DNA from: Vicugna vicugna
Taxonomy: Eukaryota
Assembly (NCBI GenBank): GCA_013265495.1
Contig: MU057521.1
Span: 930,001-991,403, forward strand
Direction: 5' to 3'
DNA: 61,403 nucleotides
Each line of letters starts with the position of its first letter. The stretch's first letter is position 1. Shown in pieces: positions 24,440 to 35,849 of this stretch. The notes below the pieces were generated by a model. That model was not told the DNA's origin and ran no database searches. It worked only from the letters and a program-made list of their open reading frames with translations. A program made the translations under genes and the position numbers.

Positions 24440-27400
24440 CATAGCAAATGTGTTTTAACAGTAGTCATAAAATCAACATTACCACATATACAAAGGACGA
24501 GACACCAGTTTGGCATACAAAAATACCATATATTAAAATTGGGTTCATTGGAAAACTCAGGACTTGCTAAGACACCATCTACAACAGAGAGAGCAAGCAA
24601 GAATGCTTTTAAGACATTCAGATTTATAAACAGCAGCTTGACATCCCCCTTACGAAGTCAATATTTGGCAACATTTGAACAATATTTACTACACAGCCCA
24701 GCAGCTCATTTATCTGTAGGGCTATTTGGCCCTTTAAAAGAAAAGCTTTGGAAATAAATAATCCACATAATTGTAAATGAAACATGTCAAGGACTTGAGT
24801 TAACAGCCTCTGAGCAGCATTAATCTAGCCATTTGACTGGAGTATTAGTTATCAAGAGGGCCAGGGAACCCACCAGTGGAGCCGTCAGAACGGCAGGGAC
24901 CCTGTGCTGCAGCTGCTTACGTTGGGAGTTTGCAACCACCGCAAACTGAAACCAACCTCCCCGCCTGCAACTGTCAAAAGAGGCAAACAGGAACAAGTAG
25001 TGGAATAAAAAATTAGAATAAATGAGCACAAGCAGGACAGGACCAAAATATTCTTGAACGAGTCTTCCCACTAGTATCAACCTACTCAAGTCAGGATACA
25101 TCCACAGGCACAGGCATTGCATTTCATGGTTAAGAGGACATCTTTAGAGTTTGTCTGTAATGACTCAGCAACCAACTCTAGAGTAGGTTCTGAAATTCTC
25201 TAGTGTGCTGACAACCCAATGGGGCCTCCCTGGACCCTCTCATTAGCTGAGCGCATTCCCTTTATGTCTTCAGCTGAAACATCCTGAACTGAATTTGGTG
25301 AGCCATATTGGAATGACACATTGTGCTTGGCTAAGTTATTTCCAGTTGTCCCATGTTTCTGTCTTCAGCTGGTTTCTGCAGTGATTGACCTTCAGCTCCT
25401 ATATGTTTTGTTTTGAAGCTATAATCTCATTATGGATTTCCCTCCCTTTATGCAATATTTTCTCACTCTCTGGGCATATCTGCCTATCTGTTGCTATCGA
25501 CCCAAGGCCACGTCTCCATCTCTACCATACAGGATCTACCTAAGAGCTGGGTTGTCTCTCAGCCAGGAAAATCCAACCAGGAACTTTCTGAAGCACAGTG
25601 TAAAACACCAGCTATCGTGTCCTCCTACTATTTAAATAGTGGTGATATAGACATCAACTTGTTCCCTTTTAAGGGCAATTTGCCTCATCTATTTCCTTCT
25701 TCTTACAGCCTGTGCTTTTTCACTGCCATCATATCCAATGGTCTACAACTAGAGTCTCAAAAAGCAAATGTCAAATTAAAATCTGAGCTTCCCTTTGGAA
25801 AACTCTTGTTTGAATAATCCAATAACACACCCCAGGGAGATCACAGCAGATTTTCCCATGGGCTACTAGCCCTACATCCTGTGGTGATGAATTTAGAGCA
25901 GTGTTCTAGAATCACAAGCCAACTATCAGAGAACACCCCCCAGAAAAACAAAGAAAATACATGCTGTTGCAGACTCCAAGAGACCGCTCAGTATTTTGCC
26001 CCAAATATTACTGATTGTCTCTAAAAAGATCATAATATGAATAGTATCAAAAACCTTAGACCAGAATAATAAAGTCCAGCTAACAAGATGAGTGTTTTCA
26101 AGCACCACTACATCATAAATGAGATATATATATATAGTGGGATACCCCAGGCAGTGAATCCTGAAAAAAAAGGAAAAACATTGGCCCGATCGTGCCAGGA
26201 AACTTGTGCAGAAAATATCGGAGCCATATTGGAAGAGTTCAAGAATAATGGTGCTCTACCCACAACCACTTGAGCAGAGCCAAAAAAAAAAAGTCATTTG
26301 GAAGAGAGAAATTAAATGCCCCACCTGCTAATGTTCTTCAATGACTAATGGCTTTCCAACAAAATGTATACGGTAGAACCTACTCCTTCATACTTGAAAA
26401 GTCTCGAGAGCTAAGTTATATAGACACTCTCGAAGTTGGTTGGTTTGACAAAATGGATGCAACCTGTAGCATTTGTTAAGAAATTAACATCTAAATTCAA
26501 CGTTGTATAACCCACATTGGAAAACATGACTAACATTTTTACTTAATTTTTCAACTTCAATTATAGCTAAATGGTGTGTATCTACATATATATCTATATC
26601 TATATGGATATAGATATATCTATTGGTAGTGAGTTGTGTCAACAAAAACAATGGCTTGAGTTTCCACTTTTTTAAAAGAAGTGTTTCATGTTTAACAAAT
26701 CAGCAACTGATCATCATCGATTTTGAAATAGACTACCACTTTCAAAACAGTTACTGAATTATCTTGACTGTCTCATTCTTCTTTGGAGTTTCTGTTTTGG
26801 TAAGAAATTCTTTATGGGTAACATTTTACTGAGAATGATGGAAATGGTAAGGAACAGCCTCTCCTTCTAGGTCAAGGATGACACATCAACTGACTGATGA
26901 CAGTTCTTATGTGAAAACAAAATGCTGACTAGTTGGTAGCATTTTTCTAAGAGGAGATAGAAATTCAGACCATTTGCATATCTCTCCTCTACCAATAAAC
27001 ATTGGACCTTTAATTTCCTCTTAAGTCTAAAGAAAAACTATCATTTGGCAAAAAAAAATTTTTAGATCATTTTTAAGTACAAGCTAAAAAGAAGAGTCAT
27101 GCCCATTGACTAGTTGTTTTTTTAAAAAAATCAACCTAATTCTGCAAATTGAAGTAAATGCATTTGGTTTGTTATTTTCAGACAATGAAAAGCAGACTAA
27201 CCAATTTAGACACAGCATAGGTTTTCAAATCAAAATCTAGACTGGAATAAATACTGTACTATCAAGAAGAGTCTGATCTTTCTATGAAAATACATCTCGA
27301 ATTGAATTTTCTGCTTCCCTTTACTTGCTTAAAAAAGCAATTTTAGTAACTTTAATAACCTTCAAGTCTTTAAATTCCATGGGCAATGTTTTTTTTAATG

Positions 27401-28094
27401 TAAAAAAGTGTCTTTGTGCAAGGCTTCAAATATTCAATTCTTTCAGTGATAACTAAAATAAAAAAACCAAGCAAGACTAAAACAATGTCAAATCTCACTC
27501 TAAAAATAGTACCTATGTATTAGTCTGGCATCTGAAAAATGATGCCCACATATGCCTACCCCCAAATACAATGACAAGCTGTCAGACTTCAAGGACAAAC
27601 AGAAACATTCCCTATGAACACTGCAAAACATGCTTGCTCTTACATTTCACACCTTACTAACGCAGTGATGAAGTTTGGGTAAGATGCTGGAAGTGAAGAG
27701 GAATTTCATTAGGCTTTTTTTTTCTGTAACATTTACTTTTTGGCCACAAGACCCTAAACACAATTTCACAGTACAGGTCATGCAAGTCAAACATTTTACA
27801 GCTACAGTCTAACTACTATTTTTGGACAATAGATTCACATGCAGCTAATGATCCCAGGAAAGGGGCTTTATCAAGCACTCTTTAAGCTTCATTGATCATT
27901 CCTCGGCCCAGAGCATCTAAGTAATAACCCCAAAGGGCAATCAATGCATTTTTACCGTCATACTTGAGATCATATATTTTTTAAGCCCAGAAAGGACAAA
28001 AAAAAATTTTTAAGCCAACTGCGTATTACTAAACCACAAACTGTCTTCTTTATCTTACTCTGAACTCCATTAACACCTATTGCACAAGCCTGCA

Positions 28095-28300
28095 AAGTAC
28101 ACCATCCAGTTCAGTAGCCACTAGCCACGTGTGACATTTATTTAAACAGCTTTAAATTAAATAAAATACAAAATCCAGTTCCCAACTCAGACCAATCCCA
28201 TTTCAATTGCCCACTAGCCAATATGGCTACTGTATTGGACAACATACGTCATAGAACATTTCCACCATCACAGAAAGTTCTAATGAACAGCGCCAATCTA
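28095..28300. mobile_element. MER3-type hAT MITE within the putative 3' UTR
   Basis: gtagccactagccacgtgtg...aattaaataaaat...atatggctactgtattggaca...atagaacatttccaccatcacagaaagttcta. Confidence 0.8.
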
Positions 28301-30910
28301 GAGGATCCCAAGGGCTGCACCAGCACGTGGTTTAACCTTCAAGGGACCAACTGCTCTTAAGTCATGTGCAAGAGTCAACTTCTTTATATTCCTAAAGAAA
28401 ATACTTTATAGCTTCCTGATCATAAAGACTAGAACTGAGAACCATTTGCCTTTTCATCACAATGTATGCCCCAGGTCATTATGAAAAAATTTTCCAAAGA
28501 CAATACTTTTGATAGCATAGCTGGCTCTGCTTAGCAAATTCAGCATTCTCTTGCTTATGTCAAGATCATTAATAAAGTTGAAAAATCATGCTTCTTGTAG
28601 TTTACTATTTACACAACACTCATCGTCCTTTACATCTAAAGGGAGGGGGGTGGGAAACCAATGTTTTGCAATTTTAAAAAGTCAAATCATATGATTTTCT
28701 TTAACAGTCTATATTCATCCCTAAATTAATCCTCCTTTCATTTCCCAGAGAGGTAGATGCTAACTAAGATGAACATATAAATTTACAAAAACAAAAAACT
28801 TAAATGATAGTTGAGTTAGTAAAGGGTATTCATCCACCCTGAAAAAGATCATCGCCTGACAGAGATGTCGACAGGCCTAGGAAGAAGCAAGAGGAAACCA
28901 CAGTGCTAAGTTATGGTCCTCCTTTTGCCACAGAATGACAAACTGCCTCGCACCTCTGTGGGCCCCAGTGGACTCACCTACAAAATGAAGCCACCAGAGG
29001 TTGTTTTCAGCTCTAACTTTCTGTGCTTTCAGTTGTGATTTTTTCACTGATGTGCAACTGTGAATTCTGGCCGATTGTGTCACTGGACTTGCATCACGTG
29101 GGGTAGATGAGTTGTTAGTGTCATGGATAAATGCCAAAGGGGCCAGAACAATGGGATGCCAAATAACATTAAACATCATTGTCTATAAAAATTCTTTCCA
29201 GCAGGCTGAGACATCACACACACATGCACGCACGTGTGCATGGAATGCACACCCTGACAAGCAGGTACACAAATGAATTAACTGCAGGCAGAATCCACTT
29301 GAACAATGGTTCTTACATCAGTGAGACTCACACAAAAAATTCTGATTTTGCTTGTTATTGTACCTTAAATTGTAACACCAAGAATCTATCACAGAGCCAA
29401 TTAATTCTGCACTGCCTAACTGCAGCTCTAGCACGGGATTGTTTTTAAGTAAAAGGTACGTGGACATTTGTACTCCACGGCTTTGCACTAAGAAACACAC
29501 ATATGTTAGTGTCTATATATGACCTACAGAACACACAGAATTCTATCACACACTACACTCCAGGGCTGGTCATTTCATCCTGGACATAAACATATGTAAA
29601 TGTCATTCACAAAATTAATTTGAATATGGCATGACAATATTGCAAGGGCAGAGTCCATTTGAAATGCAGCATTCTTAATGTAACATTTCTGTTTTTTTCA
29701 AAGAGGAACAGAAATTAGGTCAGACATGCATCACGGCAGCCTGGGAGAGTTTGAGAAATTGAAACTAACCCAACAGTATATTAGGTTACGTAATAGAGGA
29801 TAGTATTCAGCTAATATGATACCTAAATTATTAATACCAAATAAATCCTAGATTATTTGATGGATAACGCCCAATAGCTTACACAATAAAATGGCATTTT
29901 AACCTAATTTCTAGTTTGAGCTTTCAGATACATTTCCTAAAGGTCTAATGATGAATTTGAAAGATTTGAAAAAACCCGAGTTCATATTTTTATATCGAAT
30001 CCTCATGTCAATGATCATGGTTAGCTTGGGATTCTATTCATTATATTGTCATTTTATCTCACATTAACTGCATCACTTTATGTGCATATTTTGTGCTGCT
30101 TGAAGGTAAAATAGTTAGCATATAAGTAAATTAAATTATCTCAGTCTTACAGGGCTATTTCTAGCCTTAATTCTTAGAACCATCTCTGCTTTTCTTTCCC
30201 CTATTTTCATGGATCCAATGAAACATAAACATATATTTGAGTAGGGGGCCTTGGCACATACCACTTACTTCATGAATTCCATAAAGAAAGCTAGCAGACA
30301 ACTGTAAAGCTCACAGCTATGGCTGAACACACACACATTCAGGTACAGAAATTTATCATTTAAAACCAGCAGATCTTTCTTTGTAAGCATCTCTAGGCCA
30401 TTACACATTTAAGAATATTTGAGAATTTATGATGAACTGGTCCACTTAAATTCGGAATGTGAGTTGCTAGTTTGTCTTGTCATTTTTCTCAATAAAAACG
30501 TATTTTGAACTACAAGAGATAGTCTCCACTTGTACCAACAAGAGGAAACTGGAATTCTCAGTGGTTTAACTCTCATGGAACAACCTCTTTCAAAAAAGTA
30601 AGCACGGACTGTCTTAAAATGCCAGTCCAGATTGGTCCTTGGTTACCAACACTCATGGCTACTACAATACATCAAAATTGAGAGAAAAGACAGAATCTTC
30701 TGTTACTCTCCATTTGTGCCTTATAGAATACAGGACTTGACCACATAGAAGAGGAGCAAGTTTGGAAGGGACGTGTATGTGACACTTCACAGGGTGGGTC
30801 CCAGTGCCCATGAGGTGGTCACTGTTTCAGACCCCGGATTCATTCATGCCCCACAAAGTCTCACTCCCACGATTCTTCTGAAAAGATTCCAAAACTGAGG
30901 TAAATCAAAT

Positions 30911-30950
30911 CACACACACACACATACACACACACACACACAAATACACA
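30911..30950. repeat. (CA)n microsatellite, read as (UG)n in RNF152 mRNA
   Basis: cacacacacacacatacacacacacacacacaaatacaca. Confidence 0.95.
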
Positions 30951-31729
30951 TTATTTACATTTAAAATTCTTATTTTGTGAGATGGCTTGAGAAAAATTGG
31001 CATGTAGGTTTCCTGTGGGATTAGACATTCCTCATTATTACTCAGTTTATTGCTCCCCTGTTGGGCTTTCAGTTTAATAAACACATATCAAGCTCTAATT
31101 ACAAGGGAAGGAAAATTAAATACATGACAAAACACAACACACTGGAAACATTTGTTCAGATATTTTCTTCAAAAAACAACTGTCCGCTTAACTTATTTTA
31201 ATTTGGGTGCCATTCAGAAAGTATAAAAGGCCTTAGCAGCTGAATGAAGACGGGGTTTCATGTTTTAAAAAGAAAGAAAGAAATCAGCACTGCATGTCAT
31301 GGCTGAATTTTTACAGGGATTCTCAGGTTTAATTCTACTTGGATACATAGCATCTTTGTTTTAATCTACCACATTTAGAGAAGATCACATTGTATGCACT
31401 TCCACAGTTTAATGTCTAAGTAGAATATGTCTATCTCATAACGTGATTTAGAAATCATAAATTACAGTCCATTTAATACATGATTATGAAGATGCATGCA
31501 ATCGTCTTCAAAGCTGTTGCCACCAATAATCAGAGCGATCTGCCTGGTGTCTTGCTGAGACCTCACATTCTGCCTTCCGTGTCTGTCTGCGGTTAATCAA
31601 GTGGCAGCCCAGAAGCCAGTCCTCGGCACCCAATGATCAGCGTCGCCCCCCATCTTCTCAACGCGATCCATCACCAACACCTGCTCAACCCCTAGTTGGC
31701 ACCCACGAGACACTTCCCTGTAGCCCTCT

Positions 31730-32341
31730 TCAGCCACAGGATATCACAGTGAAGCGCTTAGAAATGCAGGACATGTTGTGGAGCACGATGCCGAGCAGGA
31801 AGACCAGGACGCAGGCCACCAAGATCACAGTGCACACCCCAGACCAGGTGGAGCTTTTCACCACGCCCCGCCTGTCCGGCTCCTCCTCCACCGCCTCGGG
31901 CGGGGCCCCGCCCTGCAGAGGCTGCTGCTCGGCTGGGATGGTCACCACGGTGACGGACTTCTGCTGGCTGCCGGGCAGCAGGCGGCAGCCCATGTCTCCG
32001 GGCAGCAGCGTGCGCTCCTTGGAGATGGGCAGGGGCAGCATGTAGCACCCATTGCTGGGAAGTTTGATGAAGACTGGGGTGTGCTCGGAGGCGTGCGGGA
32101 TGGCGATGACCGCAAGGACCTCGGGGTCGTCGGGGAGCTGGGACACAGAGAAGCCCGGGGGCAGCTTGGTGATGCCCCGGCACCAGGGGCACCGTACGTC
32201 CTTCTGGCTCGTCCTCATCTGCTGAAGGCACACCGAGCAGCAGGTGTGTTTGCAATCCAGCAACTTGGGCCTTCGCCGGGGGCTGTAGTAATTGAAACAG
32301 ATCTGACATTCCAGCAAAGAATCTTGGGAGAGCGTCTCCAT
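31730..32341 (-). CDS. RNF152: E3 ubiquitin-protein ligase RNF152 (RING finger protein 152), 203 aa, single coding exon
   Basis: METLSQDSLLECQIC...CKHTCCSVC...CPWC is a C3HC4 RING. C-terminal hydrophobic segment CTVILVACVLVFLLGIVLHNM, ending ...FTVISCG. Recognisable as mammalian RNF152. Strong Kozak (cccacgATGg), GC3-rich codons. Confidence 0.98.
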   Translation of the reverse strand: METLSQDSLLECQICFNYYSPRRRPKLLDCKHTCCSVCLQQMRTSQKDVRCPWCRGITKLPPGFSVSQLPDDPEVLAVIAIPHASEHTPVFIKLPSNGCYMLPLPISKERTLLPGDMGCRLLPGSQQKSVTVVTIPAEQQPLQGGAPPEAVEEEPDRRGVVKSSTWSGVCTVILVACVLVFLLGIVLHNMSCISKRFTVISCG

Positions 32342-32491
32342 CGTGGGCTGTGAGCAGGAAGGCCGAGGCCGAGGGGGAGGAGCTTGTTCTCAGAGTCCGC
32401 CACTCCCGCTCCTTCCTTCTCTGAGTCTCTCCAAAGTCGCAGGAGGATCTGGGAGCTCACAGGCATTTAGCATACTCAGGCGTGTACATTT
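32342..32491 (-). other. RNF152: RNF152 5' UTR portion of the coding exon, containing three upstream AUGs
   Basis: Lies between the acceptor and the start codon. ATGs begin at 32489, 32473 and 32466. Confidence 0.8.
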
Positions 32492-32525
32492 CTGAAGGAG
32501 ACAAAAATGCGAAACAAGTTAATTG
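32492..32525 (-). promoter_or_regulatory. RNF152: 3' splice acceptor of the RNF152 coding exon (exon starts at 32491)
   Basis: Minus strand reads caattaacttgtttcgcatttttgtctccttcAG|aaatgtac: branch-like ttaac, polypyrimidine tract and CAG, 150 nt upstream of the ATG. Confidence 0.85.
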
Positions 32526-33359
32526 CTTCAAATAAGCTGAGGCGTCAGCATATCTGACGGATATGTAGGACTGCTCCGAAGTCTTGACACTGGCTCAAAA
32601 GGGTGGAAGTTTCCCGCTCTCGAGACTGAGGATTCCCATAATGTCCAGTGGATGGTGAATGAGTTGTTTCAGATGGCCTGTCACAGCAAATGCTTTATTC
32701 ATTTCAAAGAACCGAATCCTTCTGGGGGAGGGTACAGCACCCAATGCCCCCATATTTTGTAAAGAGGGAGTCTGCTGTTTCTATTTTGTACATTTCAGCG
32801 GACCCTGGATTTTTCTTCTAAATACACTGGAAAAATTCTCTTGTTTCCAATAAGTTTGTAGCATTTCCTAAAAGCAAATTTCTTTTCTTAGATCCTCTGA
32901 CCTGCTTTTCCAGACTCTGCTTACCCTCCTGTAAGTAAGTATTCATTGCAAGGTGTAAGCATCTAGGTACTCCACAGCTAGCTCGCTCGTTTGATATGGG
33001 CCATGGCTCTTCCTCTCACAGGTAATTAAAATGATGCCACCAGAGAAGCACACACAGGCATCTGTTATCTTTTCCACCAAATCACTTGAACCAAGGTTAT
33101 TCTTGTCGGTTGGTTTTAAAAGAGATGAAGATAAAACAAGCAAACAAACAACCCCAAATAACAACAACAACAATGGACCTTCAGGCAATAGGGGTCAAAA
33201 GACCCACAGGATCACCAGTATTTCTCAGTTCTTTTAATTTCATTATTATTTGGGATTGCGTCAGTGAACATGACCAAAAGCAAATACTGTTAACTCATTG
33301 ATCATAATCGAGTATTATTGTCAGAGATGGCTGTCAGAAGACCAGCAGACAGCCCTCAC

Positions 33360-33430
33360 AAAAGAAGAAAGAGGAGGAGGAGGAGGAAGAGGAAAAGGAG
33401 GAAGGGGAAGGAGAAGGAGAAGGAGAAGAA
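33360..33430. repeat. Purine-only GA-rich low-complexity tract
   Basis: aaagaagaaagaggaggaggaggaggaagaggaaaaggaggaaggggaaggagaaggagaaggagaagaa. Confidence 0.9.
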
Positions 33431-33716
33431 TGTTAGCCTCCTCGTATTGACAGGAGCAGAAGAACTTAGTTCAACTTAACTGGAGTTTAAGGACTTTCCC
33501 CCTCCCTGGAGTGTTTTAATAAAGGCTGCCCAACTCTGTTTCCCATGGAAAGCATTCAAATTACATGTCTCTGGACAGAGCCATGATGACTCTGGAAAGA
33601 ACTATATTCAACTACTATTGTAGAAGTAATTGTTAGTCCTAGAACCTTACCCACACCCAGAACCAGGAGCCAATAATAGAAAAGCTCTTCACATTTTTCT
33701 TAAGAAGTGAACTTTC

Positions 33717-34395
33717 TGTGGGAATGTAATTTGGTACAGCTACTATGGAAAACAGTACAGAGATTCCTTAAACAACTAAAACTAGAGTTACTATATAATC
33801 CAGAAATCCCACTCCTGGGCATATATCTGGTGAAAACTCTAGTTTGAAAAAATACATGCACCCCAATGTTCACAGCAGCACTACTTACAAGAGACATAAC
33901 ATGGAAACAACCTAATGTCCATCAACAGAGGATTAGAGAAAGAAGACGTGGTATATATCCAATGGAATATGACCCAGCCATAAAAAAAGAACTAAATACC
34001 ATTCGCAGCAACATGGATGGACCTAGAGATTATCATACTAAGTGAAAGAGAAAGACAAATGCCATATATCACTTATATGTGGAATCTAAAAAATTATACA
34101 GAGGAACTCATTTGCAAAACAGAAGCAGACTCACAGACATAGAAAACAAACTTATGGTTACCAAAGGGGAAAGGGAGGTGGGGGAGGGATAAATTAGGAG
34201 TTTGGGATTAACATATACACACTACTATATATAAAATAGATAAAGAACAAGGTCCTACTGTATAACACAGGGCACTATATTCAATATCTTGTAATAACCT
34301 ATACTGAAAAAGAATATATATATATATTAACTGAATCACTATGCTATACACCAGAAACTAACACAACATTGTAAATACACTATACTTCAATAAAA
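33717..34395 (+). mobile_element. 5'-truncated L1 (ORF2 end plus 3' UTR)
   Basis: gtgggaatgtaatttggtacagctactatggaaaacagt...gcaacatggatggacctagagattatcatactaagtgaa...acacaacattgtaaatacactatacttcaataaaa. Confidence 0.92.
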
Positions 34396-34548
34396 GGTGA
34401 AACTTTTTCTTTCTAACTCCTTTTGTGAAATTAATACACCCCTCCCCAATGATTATAATTTGTTAAAATCAAAATTAAGACTGCTGAAAAAGCTTAAAGT
34501 CAAAAATAACCACTGATAAAAATTAACAGTGACAACAAAAGAACAATA

Positions 34549-34600
34549 TTTTTTAATTTAATTGAAGTATAGTTGATTTACAATGTTGTATTAGTTTCTG
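34549..34600 (-). mobile_element. Very short L1 3' tip
   Basis: ttttttaatttaattgaagtatagttgatttacaatgttgtattagtttctg with TSD-like aagaacaatat / aagagcaacat. Confidence 0.75.
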
Positions 34601-34721
34601 AAGAGCAACATGTTTTTAAAATATTTCAGCTGTAGTAAGAGCACTTAAATATAGTAATATAGCATTCAGAAAACTCATAATCAACTACTCATCTATCCAC
34701 TAATTCAAGTAGTTATTACAT

Positions 34722-34922
34722 AATTGAAACTTGCTGAGAGTAGAACTTAAATGTCCTCACACACACATAAAAAGAAGTATGTGAGGTGATGGATGTGTTA
34801 ACCAACCAGATGAGGGGGAATCCTTTCATGATGTATATTATCAAATCACCACAATGATGTACACTTTACGTGTCTTAAAATTGTATGTGTCAGTCATACC
34901 TCAATAAAGCTGGAAAAAAAAA
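34722..34922 (+). mobile_element. L1 3' UTR fragment (L1MA-like)
   Basis: ttgaaacttgctgagagtagaacttaaatgtcctcac...gtatgtgaggtgatggatgtgttaa...tacctcaataaagctggaaaaaaa. Confidence 0.85.
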
Positions 34923-35049
34923 CCCAAAATAGCTACTGAGTATCGATCCTGCACAAAGCACCATACTTGTAGCTACAGTAGCATGTTAAGATGAATCAGA
35001 CCCTAATCCTACTCTTAAGCAATTTAAAGTTAGGCAAGAATGAACGAAT

Positions 35050-35360
35050 GAATCTTTTTTCTTTCATTCATTTACATTCAAATTCTATTGAATAGCTTCC
35101 ATGTGTCAAGCATTATGGTGTTTATTTTTGTCCCTTGTAACAAAGACCCTGACATTGCCCATAAGAAACTCCCAGCCTGGAGGGCAACAGTTATGCAAGT
35201 AAGCAGTTGTAATATAAATACAGTTATCCCTGCTATACTGGAGCTGGAGGAATCAAGGATGACTCAGTGAGGAATCTGGATTACAGAGAGGATTTAGATG
35301 TGAAAAATCAGGAACAGATTATTTTCAGGTTCAGAAATCAGCATGAGCAAAGGAAAAGAG
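35050..35360 (-). mobile_element. L2 3' fragment
   Basis: ttcattcatttacattcaaattctattgaatagcttccatgtgtcaagcatt. Confidence 0.6.
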
Positions 35361-35499
35361 GGAGCAGTTACAGAATTATTTTTATACCCTAGCTGTGACA
35401 CTGGCTAGAGGATTTTTTTTCTAATGCAGGAGTAACTTACAGATGCCATCTCTAAGATGTCTACAGTTTTAGCTCCTAAGTTTAGGTCTTTGAAACAGA

Positions 35500-35632
35500 T
35501 TTTTTTTTCTTTTTTGGTGGGGGAAGGTAATTAGGTTTATTCATTGATTTATTTATAGGATGTACTGGGGATTGAACTCAGGACCTCATCCATATCAAGC
35601 ATGTGCTCGACCACTTGAGCTATACCTTCCCC
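35500..35632 (-). mobile_element. tRNA-derived SINE (camelid type)
   Basis: gtactggggattgaactcaggacctc...aagcatgtgctcgaccacttgagctatacc. Same family as 9360-9493, with the tail segment ggtaattaggtttatt. Confidence 0.9.
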
Positions 35633-35849
35633 TCAAGATGCTTTTTTAAAGAAACAAAATTCTCACGGAACCTGCAAGCACCCTCCTGCAGGTCCAGCCC
35701 AGGAGAGTAGACCCCACAGGGAGGGGAGAGATGATGACCACAGACCACAGACCACAGACGGTGGACACCTTGGGTGCCAAGGATGTGGGACTTTTTAGTG
35801 AGCAATGGGAACACGTCAGAAAGGTCAAGAGTACCAGAATGATTCATCA

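Larger units (their letters stand above)
24410..31729 (-). other. RNF152: Putative long RNF152 3' UTR (about 7.3 kb)
   Basis: AT-rich and almost transposon-free, unlike both flanks. Ends at a candidate polyA signal. RNF152 is recalled to have a multi-kb 3' UTR in human. The end point is inferred. Confidence 0.6.

Noticed and set aside
25255..25400. Three cttcagct motifs and a ttcagctgaa palindrome, superficially array-like
   Set aside because: Units are too short and irregularly spaced to be a CRISPR-like or satellite array.
29208..29250. catgcac-gcacgt-gtgcatg inverted repeat
   Set aside because: Degenerate CA/TG microsatellite, where self-complementarity is expected.
31778..32353. 191-aa antisense ORF (and the 98-aa ORF at 31749-32045) over RNF152
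   Set aside because: Non-ATG starts. Antisense open frames are a standard by-product of GC3-rich coding sequence, and there is no promoter or domain evidence.
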